Of a DNA stretch of 45,670 nucleotides, positions 17,816 to 26,805 are shown in pieces. How positions within the stretch are numbered: position 1 is the first letter of the stretch; the number at the start of each line of letters is the position of its first letter. This DNA is from Candidatus Nealsonbacteria bacterium (lineage in GTDB: Bacteria > Patescibacteriota > Minisyncoccia > Minisyncoccales > PWPS01). The notes beneath the pieces are model-generated. The model saw only the letters and a program-made list of their open reading frames with translations. It ran no database searches and was not told where the DNA came from. Position numbers and translations under genes: made by a program. The DNA is taken from positions 1-45,670 of the forward strand of contig PWKU01000016.1 of the NCBI GenBank assembly GCA_003559635.1, in the 5' to 3' direction.

Positions 17816-19015
17816 ATGGAAAAGTTTCTAAAACAGGTAAGAAAACAAATCAAAAAGGAAGGTGAAAAGAACAATATAAGTAAAAACTTAATAAGACGCT
17901 TGCTTTTGCCGGAGCGCTTTTTAGAATTTACAATCGAAATTGGAGGAAAATATGTCTCGGCATACAGATCACAGCACAGCAGTATTATGGGCCCCTACAA
18001 GGGAGGAATTAGATTTAGCGAATATGTTACACAAGATGAAGTAAAAGCTCTGTCAATGCTAATGACACTCAAATGCGCGCTAATTAATATTCCTTTCGGG
18101 GGAGCGAAAGGGGGAGCGGTGATTGACCCTCGAAAATTATCGGTCACAGATCAAGAAAAACTGGCAAAGGAGTATGTTAAAGGATCCTTTCCCGTCATAG
18201 GACCGGAGACGGATATCCCTGCTCCGGACATTAATACGGACGAGAGGGCGATGTCTGTGATGGTAAAGGAGTATTCGAGGATATGTAGAAAAGAAACAAT
18301 TGGAGCGTTTACCGGAAAACCGGTGCAAGAGGGCGGTCTTGATGGCAGAGTTGAAGCTACCGGCCTCGGGGGTTTTTCGGCACTGGATGAGTTGTGCAGA
18401 GTTAAAAACATTAAAAATCCTGCGATCGCCATACAAGGTTTTGGGAAAGTTGGATCTAATTTTGCCAAATTCGCGGATAAGGCGGGTTATAGAATTGTTG
18501 CGGTAACCGATCATAGCGGGGGAGTAAAGGATGAAGGTGGATTAGATGTAAAAAAAATGATAGAAATAAGGTCGGTAGAGAGTGGTGGAGAGAAAATTAG
18601 CAACAAAGAGCTCTTAGAAATGGATGTGGACATACTTGTTCTGGCGGCAGTAGAAAATGTAATTACAAAAAAGAACGTAGATAATGTGAGAGCGAGAAAC
18701 ATTATTTCTCTCGCCAACGGACCAATCACAAGAAAATCTGAAAAAAAGCTTTATGAGAGAAAAATTACGGTTGTTCCCGATATTTTGGCAAGTTCTGGCG
18801 GGGTAGGTGCTTCTTATCTTGAGTGGGTGCAAGCGCGAGAAGACAAGACTTTCACGAAAGAAGAAGTTTATTCCTTTGTTTCCAAAAAAATAAAGGATGC
18901 GTTTTTGGAGATTTATAAGAAGAGCAGTAAAGAGGATATTCCGCTGTCTAGAGCGGGATACGGTATTGCGCTTGCAAGACTAGAGAAGGTGTTATCAACG
19001 AAGAAAGATAATTAG
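17816..19015 (+). CDS. gdhA: Glutamate dehydrogenase (Glu/Leu/Phe/Val dehydrogenase family)
   Basis: GPYKGGIRF, PFGGAKGG and the dinucleotide fold IQGFGKVGS. Substrate assignment rests on family resemblance only. Confidence 0.8.
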   Translation: MEKFLKQVRKQIKKEGEKNNISKNLIRRLLLPERFLEFTIEIGGKYVSAYRSQHSSIMGPYKGGIRFSEYVTQDEVKALSMLMTLKCALINIPFGGAKGGAVIDPRKLSVTDQEKLAKEYVKGSFPVIGPETDIPAPDINTDERAMSVMVKEYSRICRKETIGAFTGKPVQEGGLDGRVEATGLGGFSALDELCRVKNIKNPAIAIQGFGKVGSNFAKFADKAGYRIVAVTDHSGGVKDEGGLDVKKMIEIRSVESGGEKISNKELLEMDVDILVLAAVENVITKKNVDNVRARNIISLANGPITRKSEKKLYERKITVVPDILASSGGVGASYLEWVQAREDKTFTKEEVYSFVSKKIKDAFLEIYKKSSKEDIPLSRAGYGIALARLEKVLSTKKDN

Positions 19016-19059
19016 AAGGACATTTCGAGTCCTTTTTGTAAAATAATATAATTTTTTAG

Positions 19060-20364
19060 ATGAGTGTTAGCGCCCCAAAGAGCATAGTTTCCAATGAGCC
19101 TATTTCCGTATCGGACTACATTTCGGTAATTAACGAACTTCTTTCACGCATTAATTTAAAAGTGCTTGGAGAGGTTTGCGAAATGAAAACAGCATCGAGC
19201 GGACATGTCTATCTTTCTCTAAAAGACGAACAAACCGGCGATGTGATAAACTGTGCCATTTGGAGTTCCGTTTATAGAATGTGCGGAGTGAAAATTGAAA
19301 ACGGAATGAAAGTAATTTTATCCGGAACAGCCGATGTTTACAGAGCAAGAGGAACATTGACTTTCAAAGTAAAAACGGTTGAGCCGGCGGGCGAAGGAGC
19401 ACTGAAGAAAGCATACGAAGAGCTAAAAGCCAAATTATCGAAAGAAGGTTTTTTTGATGTGGATAGGAAAAGAGAGCTACCCGCATATCCACAAAAGATA
19501 GGAGTTATTACCTCAGAAAAAGGAGCGGCGGTACATGATTTTATTAACAATTTGGGAAAGTTCGGGTTTAAGGTGTCAATTTGTGATTCGCGGGTTGAGG
19601 GACAGGAAGCAGTGGAAGATCTTTTAAAATCAATAAAGGTGATGAAAAAGAAAGATCTGGATGTTTTGGTTATTGTTCGTGGAGGAGGTTCTTTGCAATC
19701 TCTTATGGCATTTGACAATGAAATGCTTGTAAGAGAGATTGTTAATTTTCCGGCACCGGTAGTTGCGGGAATTGGTCACCACGAGGATATTACTCTTGCC
19801 GCCCTCGCAGCCGATGTTTCCGAATCTACACCGACGGCGGTTGCAAACAAAATATCTTGGGGGTATGTAAAGGCTCTGGATACGGTTTTACTCTACGAGA
19901 AAAGGATTGAAGATTATTATAAAGATGTACTTTACAAGAATAAGGAAGAGGTTGCTTCCTATGTAGAAAAAGTAACGCTTTTTTTCAAAAAAATACTGGA
20001 TGAGTATAAGCGATCAGAAGACAGGATAAGGCAAGTTGTCCTGAACTCATCATATCTTCTAAGGGGCAAAAAGGAAAAGATAAAAGGCATGGAAGAGAGT
20101 ATTTTTTCCGAGTTTAGAATGGCCTTAAATGAAACAAAATTTAAGCTGGAGAAGTATGAAGAGATAATTTCCGGCAATGATCCCGAGAAACAGTTACGGC
20201 TGGGGTATGCTATAATCAAAAAAGACGAAAAAGTCATAAAGAGCATCAACCAACTAAAAGAAAACGAATTGATTGGGACAACTTTCTTTGACGGAAAGGT
20301 TGTTTCTAAGATTAAAAAGATAATAAAAGAAAACAAAAATGAGCAAAAAAGAAAATCTAAGTGA
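19060..20364 (+). CDS. xseA: Exodeoxyribonuclease VII large subunit
   Basis: N-terminal OB-fold region, IGVITSEKGAAVHDF, VLVIVRGGGSLQSL, GIGHHEDITLAALAADVSESTPTA. Confidence 0.9.
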   Translation: MSVSAPKSIVSNEPISVSDYISVINELLSRINLKVLGEVCEMKTASSGHVYLSLKDEQTGDVINCAIWSSVYRMCGVKIENGMKVILSGTADVYRARGTLTFKVKTVEPAGEGALKKAYEELKAKLSKEGFFDVDRKRELPAYPQKIGVITSEKGAAVHDFINNLGKFGFKVSICDSRVEGQEAVEDLLKSIKVMKKKDLDVLVIVRGGGSLQSLMAFDNEMLVREIVNFPAPVVAGIGHHEDITLAALAADVSESTPTAVANKISWGYVKALDTVLLYEKRIEDYYKDVLYKNKEEVASYVEKVTLFFKKILDEYKRSEDRIRQVVLNSSYLLRGKKEKIKGMEESIFSEFRMALNETKFKLEKYEEIISGNDPEKQLRLGYAIIKKDEKVIKSINQLKENELIGTTFFDGKVVSKIKKIIKENKNEQKRKSK

Positions 20365-20551
20365 TAATTTAAAAAAATTATCCGAAACAGCACAATGGTT
20401 TGAAAATCGCGAAGATGTTGATGTAGAGGAAGGACTAAAAAAAGTTAAAGAGGCAGTGGAAGTAATCAAGGAGAGCAAGAAAAGACTGAAGGAGATTGAA
20501 AACGAATTCGAAAAAGTGAAAAAAGAGCTCGATGAAGAAGAACAAGAGTAA
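20339..20551 (+). CDS. xseB: Exodeoxyribonuclease VII small subunit
   Basis: A 70 aa helical protein that overlaps the xseA 3' end by 26 nt. The LKKLSETAQWFENREDVDVEEGLKKVKEA pattern is typical of XseB. Confidence 0.8.
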   Translation: MSKKENLSDNLKKLSETAQWFENREDVDVEEGLKKVKEAVEVIKESKKRLKEIENEFEKVKKELDEEEQE

Positions 20552-20659
20552 GAAAGGTTAACTGAACACGCACACTTGTTGTGACTCAGGGCTTCTAAGA
20601 GCTTAGTTCTCACTTCTAATTACAATAAATCTGATAATTTACGGTTTTTTTACCGGTTT

Positions 20660-22588
20660 ATGGTTGATTTTGAAAAAAAGCTAAATAAGGAGCAGTTGAG
20701 GGTTGTTTACGAGGGTGATGGCCCTTGTCTTGTTTTAAGTGGTCCCGGGAGCGGGAAAACAAGAACTCTTGTTTATAGAACGGTATATCTTCTTGAAAAA
20801 AACATTCCCGCCTCCAGAATTTTACTTTTGGCTTTTACCAAGAAAGCTGCAAATGAAATGCTTTCTAGAATTCATAGGATGTCCTCCGTATCCGGAAAAG
20901 AAATTTGTGGAGGAACATTTCATCATGCCGGAAATTTATTTTTAAGGCGTTATGCGGAAAAAACGGAGTACTCCTCAAATTTTATAATTATTGACGAGGA
21001 GGACTCAAAGAGTATTTTGAAATCAATTTTGATAGAGCAAAAAGAACAAGGCGCGGAAATGCCGAAACCACAAGTTGTTCAAAAGATTATCTCGCTTTCA
21101 ACCAACTCAATGAAAAGTATTGGGGATGTTGTTAACAAATATTTCCCTTATTTTGGCGCGGAAATAACGGAGAAAATAAAGCAAATTGCCGATCAGTACA
21201 GGACAAGGAAAAAAAGTAACAATCTGATGGACTATGACGATTTATTACTCAACTGGAACAATATGCTTTTTGACAGTGATGTCAGGCGCGAGATATCCAA
21301 AAACTTTCTCTATATTTTAATTGACGAGTATCAAGATACAAACCCTCTGCAAAATGAGATTATTAAAAAAGTGAGTGAAATAAATAAAAATATTTTGGCT
21401 GTGGGGGATGATGCGCAGAGTATTTACAGTTTCCGAGCGGCGGATATTGGCAATATTCTTAATTTTTCAAAAAATTATCCGGGATCAAAAATTTTTAAAC
21501 TGGAAACAAACTACCGCAGTGTTCCGGAAATTCTCAGTGTCGCTAATGCGGTAATTGCCAATAATTCGCAAAAACTTGATAAAGAGCTAAAAAGCGTTAA
21601 GGAAAAAGGGAGGATGCCCACCGTAATACCTTTCTCAAATCCTTTAGAACAGGCAAAATTTATTGCGGATTACATTGAAAGAGAAAAAGAACGAAATGAT
21701 ATTGCAGTTCTATTTCGGGCGCACTTTCAGTGTGTTGAGCTTGAAATTGAGCTTGCTAAGAGAGGCATGCCGTACTTGCTCAGAGGAGGGGTCAGGTTTT
21801 TTGAACAGCACCATATAAAGGATATTGTTGCTTATTTAAGGATTTTTTTGAATCTTCACGACGAGGCGTCCTGGAAAAGAATTCTTTTAAGGCAAGACGG
21901 CATCGGTGAGATAAATGCCGGTAAAATTATCAATAATGTTTGCAGAAAAGAAACGTTAGAAAATCTCTTTGAAGAAAAAGGTGACTTGCACAAGAACACA
22001 TCTTCTTCTTCAAAGAAGGGTTTGGATGAAGTTCTGTTATTATTGGAGGAAGGGTATCAAAAAAATGTTCAGGAGAAAATTGATCTGTTTTTAAAGAGTT
22101 TTTATGCAAGATATCTTGATTTTTCTTTTGAAAATTCTCAGGAGAGGAAAAACGACATTAGAAAACTGAAAGAGATTTCAAAGAAATATCACACCTTGGA
22201 AGAGATGCTCATAGAGTTTTCACTAAGCGAAGAGTTTCAAAAAGACGGTCAGAAAAAGAATGCGGTCGTGCTTAGTACCGTTCATCAGGCCAAAGGACTT
22301 GAATGGAAAACAGTTTTTATAATTTCTCTTAAAGAGGGCGGATTTCCCCATATTAAATCTTTGGAAGAAGATTCACTGGAAGAAGAAAGGAGGCTTTTTT
22401 ATGTTGCGGTCACTCGGTGTAAGGAAAATTTGTTCTTAACATATCCTCTTTACGACTATCGGGAAAAAGAGCTCTCAGAACCGTCTAGGTTTTTAAGAGA
22501 AGCAAGGGTTGTAAATGGTGGGGTAGAGGAAGAAGTCATTTACAATGACGAAATTAATCAAGAGGATGGCGAGTGGGAGATGTATTAA
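20660..22588 (+). CDS. UvrD/PcrA/Rep-family SF1 DNA helicase (no nuclease domain)
   Basis: GPGSGKTR, IDEYQDTNPLQ, VGDDAQSIYSFRAA, TNYRS, TVHQAKGLEWKTVF, LFYVAVTRCKENL. Confidence 0.9.
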   Translation: MVDFEKKLNKEQLRVVYEGDGPCLVLSGPGSGKTRTLVYRTVYLLEKNIPASRILLLAFTKKAANEMLSRIHRMSSVSGKEICGGTFHHAGNLFLRRYAEKTEYSSNFIIIDEEDSKSILKSILIEQKEQGAEMPKPQVVQKIISLSTNSMKSIGDVVNKYFPYFGAEITEKIKQIADQYRTRKKSNNLMDYDDLLLNWNNMLFDSDVRREISKNFLYILIDEYQDTNPLQNEIIKKVSEINKNILAVGDDAQSIYSFRAADIGNILNFSKNYPGSKIFKLETNYRSVPEILSVANAVIANNSQKLDKELKSVKEKGRMPTVIPFSNPLEQAKFIADYIEREKERNDIAVLFRAHFQCVELEIELAKRGMPYLLRGGVRFFEQHHIKDIVAYLRIFLNLHDEASWKRILLRQDGIGEINAGKIINNVCRKETLENLFEEKGDLHKNTSSSSKKGLDEVLLLLEEGYQKNVQEKIDLFLKSFYARYLDFSFENSQERKNDIRKLKEISKKYHTLEEMLIEFSLSEEFQKDGQKKNAVVLSTVHQAKGLEWKTVFIISLKEGGFPHIKSLEEDSLEEERRLFYVAVTRCKENLFLTYPLYDYREKELSEPSRFLREARVVNGGVEEEVIYNDEINQEDGEWEMY

Positions 22589-22681
22589 AAGATTAACCCT
22601 TTATTTATTTTATATTTTTGCTAGAATTAAGAAGTAGCTTTTAGAAATTAAATAGATATTATATTATCTAACCGCACATAT

Positions 22682-22957
22682 ATGAAAAATATGAAATTAT
22701 TCCTTTCGGTTATTGGCGCTTATTTTGCTTTTTCCGGAGTTTTTCACTTTATAAGGCTTGCCTTGGAGTGGGATTTGGTCATTTATAGAGCAGGAGGACC
22801 TTACAATATTCACTCCGTTTTTAGTGCTATGTCCATTCTTTTTGCGATTTTTATTGTTTATTGGGTATACAAAATAAAGAAGAACGAAAAAGAAGTGGTA
22901 AAAGTAACAACAAATGAGGAGAGAGATGAAGAGACTTTAACGGAAGATGGTGAGTAA
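22682..22957 (+). CDS. Small two-TM membrane protein with a charged C-terminal tail
   Basis: Two hydrophobic helices (LFLSVIGAYFAFSGVF and FSAMSILFAIFIVYWVY) followed by a K/E-rich tail. I recognise no family. Confidence 0.5.
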   Translation: MKNMKLFLSVIGAYFAFSGVFHFIRLALEWDLVIYRAGGPYNIHSVFSAMSILFAIFIVYWVYKIKKNEKEVVKVTTNEERDEETLTEDGE

Positions 22958-22978
22958 TAATTAAATGATTCTAAATAT

Positions 22979-23671
22979 ATGAATTTACATAAACAAGCAT
23001 GGCTGTGGATTATCGTTTTCTCTCTGATAATTTCCGGAACAATTATCTATTATGGGGAAGATGTCACCTTATTGTCCAATAGAGAAGTTGTGGTTAGTGT
23101 AAATGAAGAGAGAATGAACAAGGCTGAGTTTCAGATGGTTCTTGAACAAGTGAAAGAAAATTATGCACAAATGGGAATGGATACGGAAGAATTATCAGAA
23201 GAGGAAGTGAAAGAAACCGCCACCGAAATGGCGGTGGATCAGCTTCTATTTTTGAGTTACGCGAAAACCATCGGTGTGGATGTTGAGGAAGAGGAAATGA
23301 AAGTTTTTTATGATGAAATTGTGGCGAATGAACCGGAAATAGGCACGAAAGCAGAACTCTTTTCAATGTGGGAAAGCGAGGGGTATGGTAAAAAAGAGAT
23401 GGAGGAGCAGGTTAAGTTGTATTTAATTTATGACAAAATATACGAGAAGTATCTCGATGAAGCGGAAGCTACCGAAGAGGAGCTGAGAGAAGCTTACAAA
23501 GAGTATATTTCGTGGATAGAAGAAGTAGGTGCTCCCGAAGGTGAAGTAATGACCTATGAGGAAATAAAGGGTGAGCTGGAAGAATTTATAGTTCAGGAAA
23601 GTGCAATCGACAGAATGGAGAAGGATATTGATGAATTTAAGAAAGGGAGCACTATAGAAGTCTCTATTTAA
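22979..23671 (+). CDS. Membrane-anchored SurA-N/PpiD-like chaperone-domain protein (no PPIase domain)
   Basis: N-terminal TM helix, then VVSVNEERMNKAEFQMVLEQ..., a helical acidic region resembling the SurA/PrsA N-terminal chaperone module. By-eye comparison. Confidence 0.55.
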   Translation: MNLHKQAWLWIIVFSLIISGTIIYYGEDVTLLSNREVVVSVNEERMNKAEFQMVLEQVKENYAQMGMDTEELSEEEVKETATEMAVDQLLFLSYAKTIGVDVEEEEMKVFYDEIVANEPEIGTKAELFSMWESEGYGKKEMEEQVKLYLIYDKIYEKYLDEAEATEEELREAYKEYISWIEEVGAPEGEVMTYEEIKGELEEFIVQESAIDRMEKDIDEFKKGSTIEVSI

Positions 23672-23684
23672 AAATAAAAATTAG

Positions 23685-24413
23685 ATGGCTAAAACCCACA
23701 AAGTTTATCTCGCAGGAGGATTTCTCCTTGTGGCCGTTGTCGCGGTTGCTACTTATTTTTTTTGGTTTCTCCCCGAAGAACAAAGAAGAGATAAGGGTGA
23801 TGAAGAACCAACCGAAGAAGAGTTGGCCGACATATATATGGTTGTGAACGGAAATTACGTTACCCATGAGAAATTTGATAGATATGTACAACAGGTATCC
23901 CGTGATAGGTTTGAAGAAAACCTTTCTCGTGAAGAACTAAGAGAAGAAGCTAAGACGAAAATTGTCGAAGACTTGGTCTTGGAAGATCTTTTCAAAGAGA
24001 AGGAAATAATAATTACGGAAAAAGAAATCCAAGATAGATATAACAGGTTTATTCAATCGATAGCGGCAGTTGAAACGAGGGAAGATTATTTAAGCTATCG
24101 TGAAGATAGGGGCTTTCCGCGAAAAGAGACAGAAAATTATGTGGAAAGACTTGCAAGGATTGAAAAACTTGTTGACGCCTATATGAATGATTATCATGAA
24201 GATTTAGAACCAACCGAGGAGGATATTCATAATGAATATCAAGAATATTATGAAGAACAGAAAGAAAAGGAGGAGAGCTTGGAAAATATTTTAGTTTTTG
24301 AAAATGTAAAAGAAAACATTAGATCGTATCTTCTCAGAAAAAATGCTGTTGCAAAAGCAAATGAGGACTTCGAAGAAATGGAAGAAAGAGCGAATATCAT
24401 CTTCATAGAATAA
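23685..24413 (+). CDS. Membrane-anchored SurA-N/PpiD-like chaperone-domain protein, tandem paralog
   Basis: N-terminal TM helix, then MVVNGNYVTHEKFDRYVQQ..., with the same architecture as the upstream gene. Confidence 0.55.
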   Translation: MAKTHKVYLAGGFLLVAVVAVATYFFWFLPEEQRRDKGDEEPTEEELADIYMVVNGNYVTHEKFDRYVQQVSRDRFEENLSREELREEAKTKIVEDLVLEDLFKEKEIIITEKEIQDRYNRFIQSIAAVETREDYLSYREDRGFPRKETENYVERLARIEKLVDAYMNDYHEDLEPTEEDIHNEYQEYYEEQKEKEESLENILVFENVKENIRSYLLRKNAVAKANEDFEEMEERANIIFIE

Positions 24414-24421
24414 CCCTACAT

Positions 24422-25519
24422 ATGGAATATGGAAGAAAAAAAATATTGTGGATTTCACATTCCGCAATCTCAGCTTTTGCGCGGTGTCCTCATCTCTACT
24501 ACCTAGAATATGAATATCGCAACCCTGAGACGGGAAATAGGATTCAGATAACTAACCCTTATCTGGCTCTTGGAATTGCGGTTCATGAAGCCATTGAAGG
24601 TCTTCTAGAAACAAAACCCGAAGAAAGAAGCAAGATAGTGCTTGAAGAGCGGTTTGATCAAATCTTCGAGAAGTATCGCGGACTGAGAGGTGGTTTTATC
24701 TCTCAAAAAAAGGAAGAAGATTTTTATGAAAGAGGAATAAAAATGATGGAAAGAGTTAAAAGGACGGACTTTCTCTCTAAGCCTTCACTTAAAACAAAAA
24801 CGAATTTTCCGACAATTGATCTGATCAATGAGAATGTAAAATTGGTCGGGAGCATCGACTGGATAGAAAAGCTTTCCGGCGGGGGAGCCCACATAATTGA
24901 TTTTAAAACAGGGAACAGCAAAGAAAATAATGGTTCCTTACAATTACCGATTTATACTATTCTGGGGGAAAGCAACATAAAAGAAAAGGTGGAAAGAGTA
25001 AGCTATTGGTATTTGCAACACGACGACATGCCAGTAGAGCAAAAACTGCCCGATACCAAATATTATCTGAATATTTTGAAAGAAAAAGCTTCTTTAATAA
25101 AAGAAGCGGTGGAAGAAAACAGATTTCCCTGCAATTACGGAAATAAGTGTTTTTCTTGTAGGGATTATGAGAAAATTTTCATCGGAGAAGCGGAAAAAAT
25201 TGAATCGGCGAATAGCAGAAACAAGGATGTGTTTTGTATCTTTAAAGAAGAAGATGTTATTGAAAAAGTTGTGGTTGAAGATTTTCTGGATGAAAGAGAG
25301 AAGAAGGTTTTTGAGATGAGGCTGACAAAAAGCAAAGATGAGATAAGCAGGGAGCTTCGGCTAACAGAGGAAAAAGTTGATAAAATTGCAAAGCAGATAA
25401 AAGAGAAGCTCGCGAAGAACTTAAGACAAAAAGAGCTAAAAATTATTATTAAGCTTCTGTCTCCGTCTACTTCTTCTAAAAAATATAATGGCAAAAAAAG
25501 AATCTTTGAGGAAAATTAA
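24422..25519 (+). CDS. PD-(D/E)XK nuclease (Cas4/AddB-nuclease-like, four Cys) fused to a C-terminal sigma-70 region-4-like HTH
   Basis: SHSAISAFARCPHLYYL, AVHEAIE, GSIDWIEKL...AHIIDFKTG, LQLPIY and the Cys cluster PCNYGNKCFSCRDY. C-terminal LDEREKKVFEMRLTKSKDEISRELRLTEEKVDKIAKQIKEKL resembles sigma70_r4/LuxR-type HTH. Confidence 0.75.
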   Translation: MEYGRKKILWISHSAISAFARCPHLYYLEYEYRNPETGNRIQITNPYLALGIAVHEAIEGLLETKPEERSKIVLEERFDQIFEKYRGLRGGFISQKKEEDFYERGIKMMERVKRTDFLSKPSLKTKTNFPTIDLINENVKLVGSIDWIEKLSGGGAHIIDFKTGNSKENNGSLQLPIYTILGESNIKEKVERVSYWYLQHDDMPVEQKLPDTKYYLNILKEKASLIKEAVEENRFPCNYGNKCFSCRDYEKIFIGEAEKIESANSRNKDVFCIFKEEDVIEKVVVEDFLDEREKKVFEMRLTKSKDEISRELRLTEEKVDKIAKQIKEKLAKNLRQKELKIIIKLLSPSTSSKKYNGKKRIFEEN

Positions 25520-26093
25520 AGATGAAGTTTTGAGCCTAGAAGGTTTTCCACTTTGTGATGAGAGGAGAAAAAACAATGTTTATCCCGTAATCGGAGAGGG
25601 AAGTCACGATGCGGATGTTATGTTTATCGGCGAGGCTCCCGGAGAAAGGGAGGCCGCCACGGGAAGACCCTTTTGCGGCAGGGCCGGAAAAATTCTTGAT
25701 GAATGTTTGCAAGGCATTGGCTTCAAAAGGGAAGATGCATACATAACTAATATAATAAAAGACAGGCCTCCCAAAAACAGGGACCCACTTCCCGAAGAAA
25801 TAGAAATATACGCCGTTTTTTTAGACAGGCAAATCAATATTATAAAACCCAAAATTATTGCTACCTTGGGAAGGTTTTCGTCGGAATATATACTTAAAAA
25901 ATTTGGGATGGAAGAACAAATAATGCCGATTTCCACTTTGCACGGTAAGCCGATTGACACAAGAGCCGACTACGGACCGATAAAGATTCTCCCCTTAATG
26001 CATCCGGCGGTTGCAATATATAACCGCAAAAAAGAAAAGGAATTGAAAGAAGGATTCTCTTTCTTAAAAGAAAATGATTGTTGCGATCTATAA
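25488..26093 (+). CDS. udg: Uracil-DNA glycosylase, family 4-like
   Basis: FIGEAPGEREAATGRPFCGRAGKILD (motif A) and LMHPAV (motif B). Overlaps the upstream gene by 32 nt. Confidence 0.85.
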   Translation: MAKKESLRKIKDEVLSLEGFPLCDERRKNNVYPVIGEGSHDADVMFIGEAPGEREAATGRPFCGRAGKILDECLQGIGFKREDAYITNIIKDRPPKNRDPLPEEIEIYAVFLDRQINIIKPKIIATLGRFSSEYILKKFGMEEQIMPISTLHGKPIDTRADYGPIKILPLMHPAVAIYNRKKEKELKEGFSFLKENDCCDL

Positions 26094-26715
26094 AGAAAAA
26101 GGGCCGACTTCTCGCGATGTGTTGAATAAAATAAAAGAGATAACCGGCCAAAAGAAAATTGGGCATGCTGGGACATTGGATCCTCTTGCAGAGGGGATTT
26201 TGGTTGTTGGAATTGGGAGAGAAAGTACCAAAAAATTATGGAAAAGCCGTTTTGATGAAAAAGAATACCTGGCAGTAATAAGGCTTGGGGAGACAAGTAC
26301 TACCGACGATAAAGAGGGAGAGAAGAGAAAAACAAAACACTCCGGGATGCCCGGATATTGCGCTGTAGAAAAAGCGGTTTTTTTATTTTTAGGAGAAATA
26401 GAACAAATTCCTCCCCGTTTTTCCGCGGTAAAGATTAGGGGGAAAGAGGCGTATAAGTATGCAAGAAAAAATCTTCCCGTAAAGCTACAGAGCAGAAAAG
26501 CCCTGATAAAAGAAATTGAAATTATAAGTTATCGCTATCCACTTTTAAAAATTAGGGTTATTACCGGAAAAGGAGTTTATATTCGTTCAATGGCACGCGA
26601 TATTGGAGAAATTTTAGAAACAGGGGGATATCTCTTTTCATTGAAGCGAACTCGCGTGGGTAGTTTTAAGGAAGAAGACTGTGTTGATGAGGATTTTTTA
26701 AGAAATCAGAATTGA
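26074..26715 (+). CDS. truB: tRNA pseudouridine(55) synthase, catalytic domain only
   Basis: GHAGTLDPLAEGILVVGIG (catalytic Asp), IPPRFSAVKIRGKEAY. At 213 aa it ends where a PUA domain would normally begin. Overlaps udg by 20 nt. Confidence 0.9.
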   Translation: MIVAIYKEKGPTSRDVLNKIKEITGQKKIGHAGTLDPLAEGILVVGIGRESTKKLWKSRFDEKEYLAVIRLGETSTTDDKEGEKRKTKHSGMPGYCAVEKAVFLFLGEIEQIPPRFSAVKIRGKEAYKYARKNLPVKLQSRKALIKEIEIISYRYPLLKIRVITGKGVYIRSMARDIGEILETGGYLFSLKRTRVGSFKEEDCVDEDFLRNQN

Positions 26716-26745
26716 ATTAGAAAGAATCTTTACAGGTCTTGAAAT

Positions 26746-26773
26746 TTGAAAAGTGGTTTTTTTATGATAGAAT
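26746..26773 (+). promoter_or_regulatory. Putative promoter with an extended -10 element upstream of mscS
   Basis: TTGAAA (26746-26751), 16 nt, then TGaTAGAAT (26765-26773). Confidence 0.5.
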
Positions 26774-26805
26774 GAAAAGCGGATTATCAAATATAAAATA
26801 AAAAA

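Noticed and set aside
20552-20659. Possible small RNA or tRNA in the xseB-helicase spacer
   Set aside because: There is no cloverleaf or T-loop motif, only 4 bp stems and a short CTTCTAA repeat. I found nothing supportable.
22655-22672. The palindrome TAGATA-TTATAT-TATCTA upstream of the small membrane protein gene as an operator site
   Set aside because: A 6 bp AT-rich inverted repeat is expected by chance in AT-rich intergenic DNA, and there is no candidate regulator nearby.
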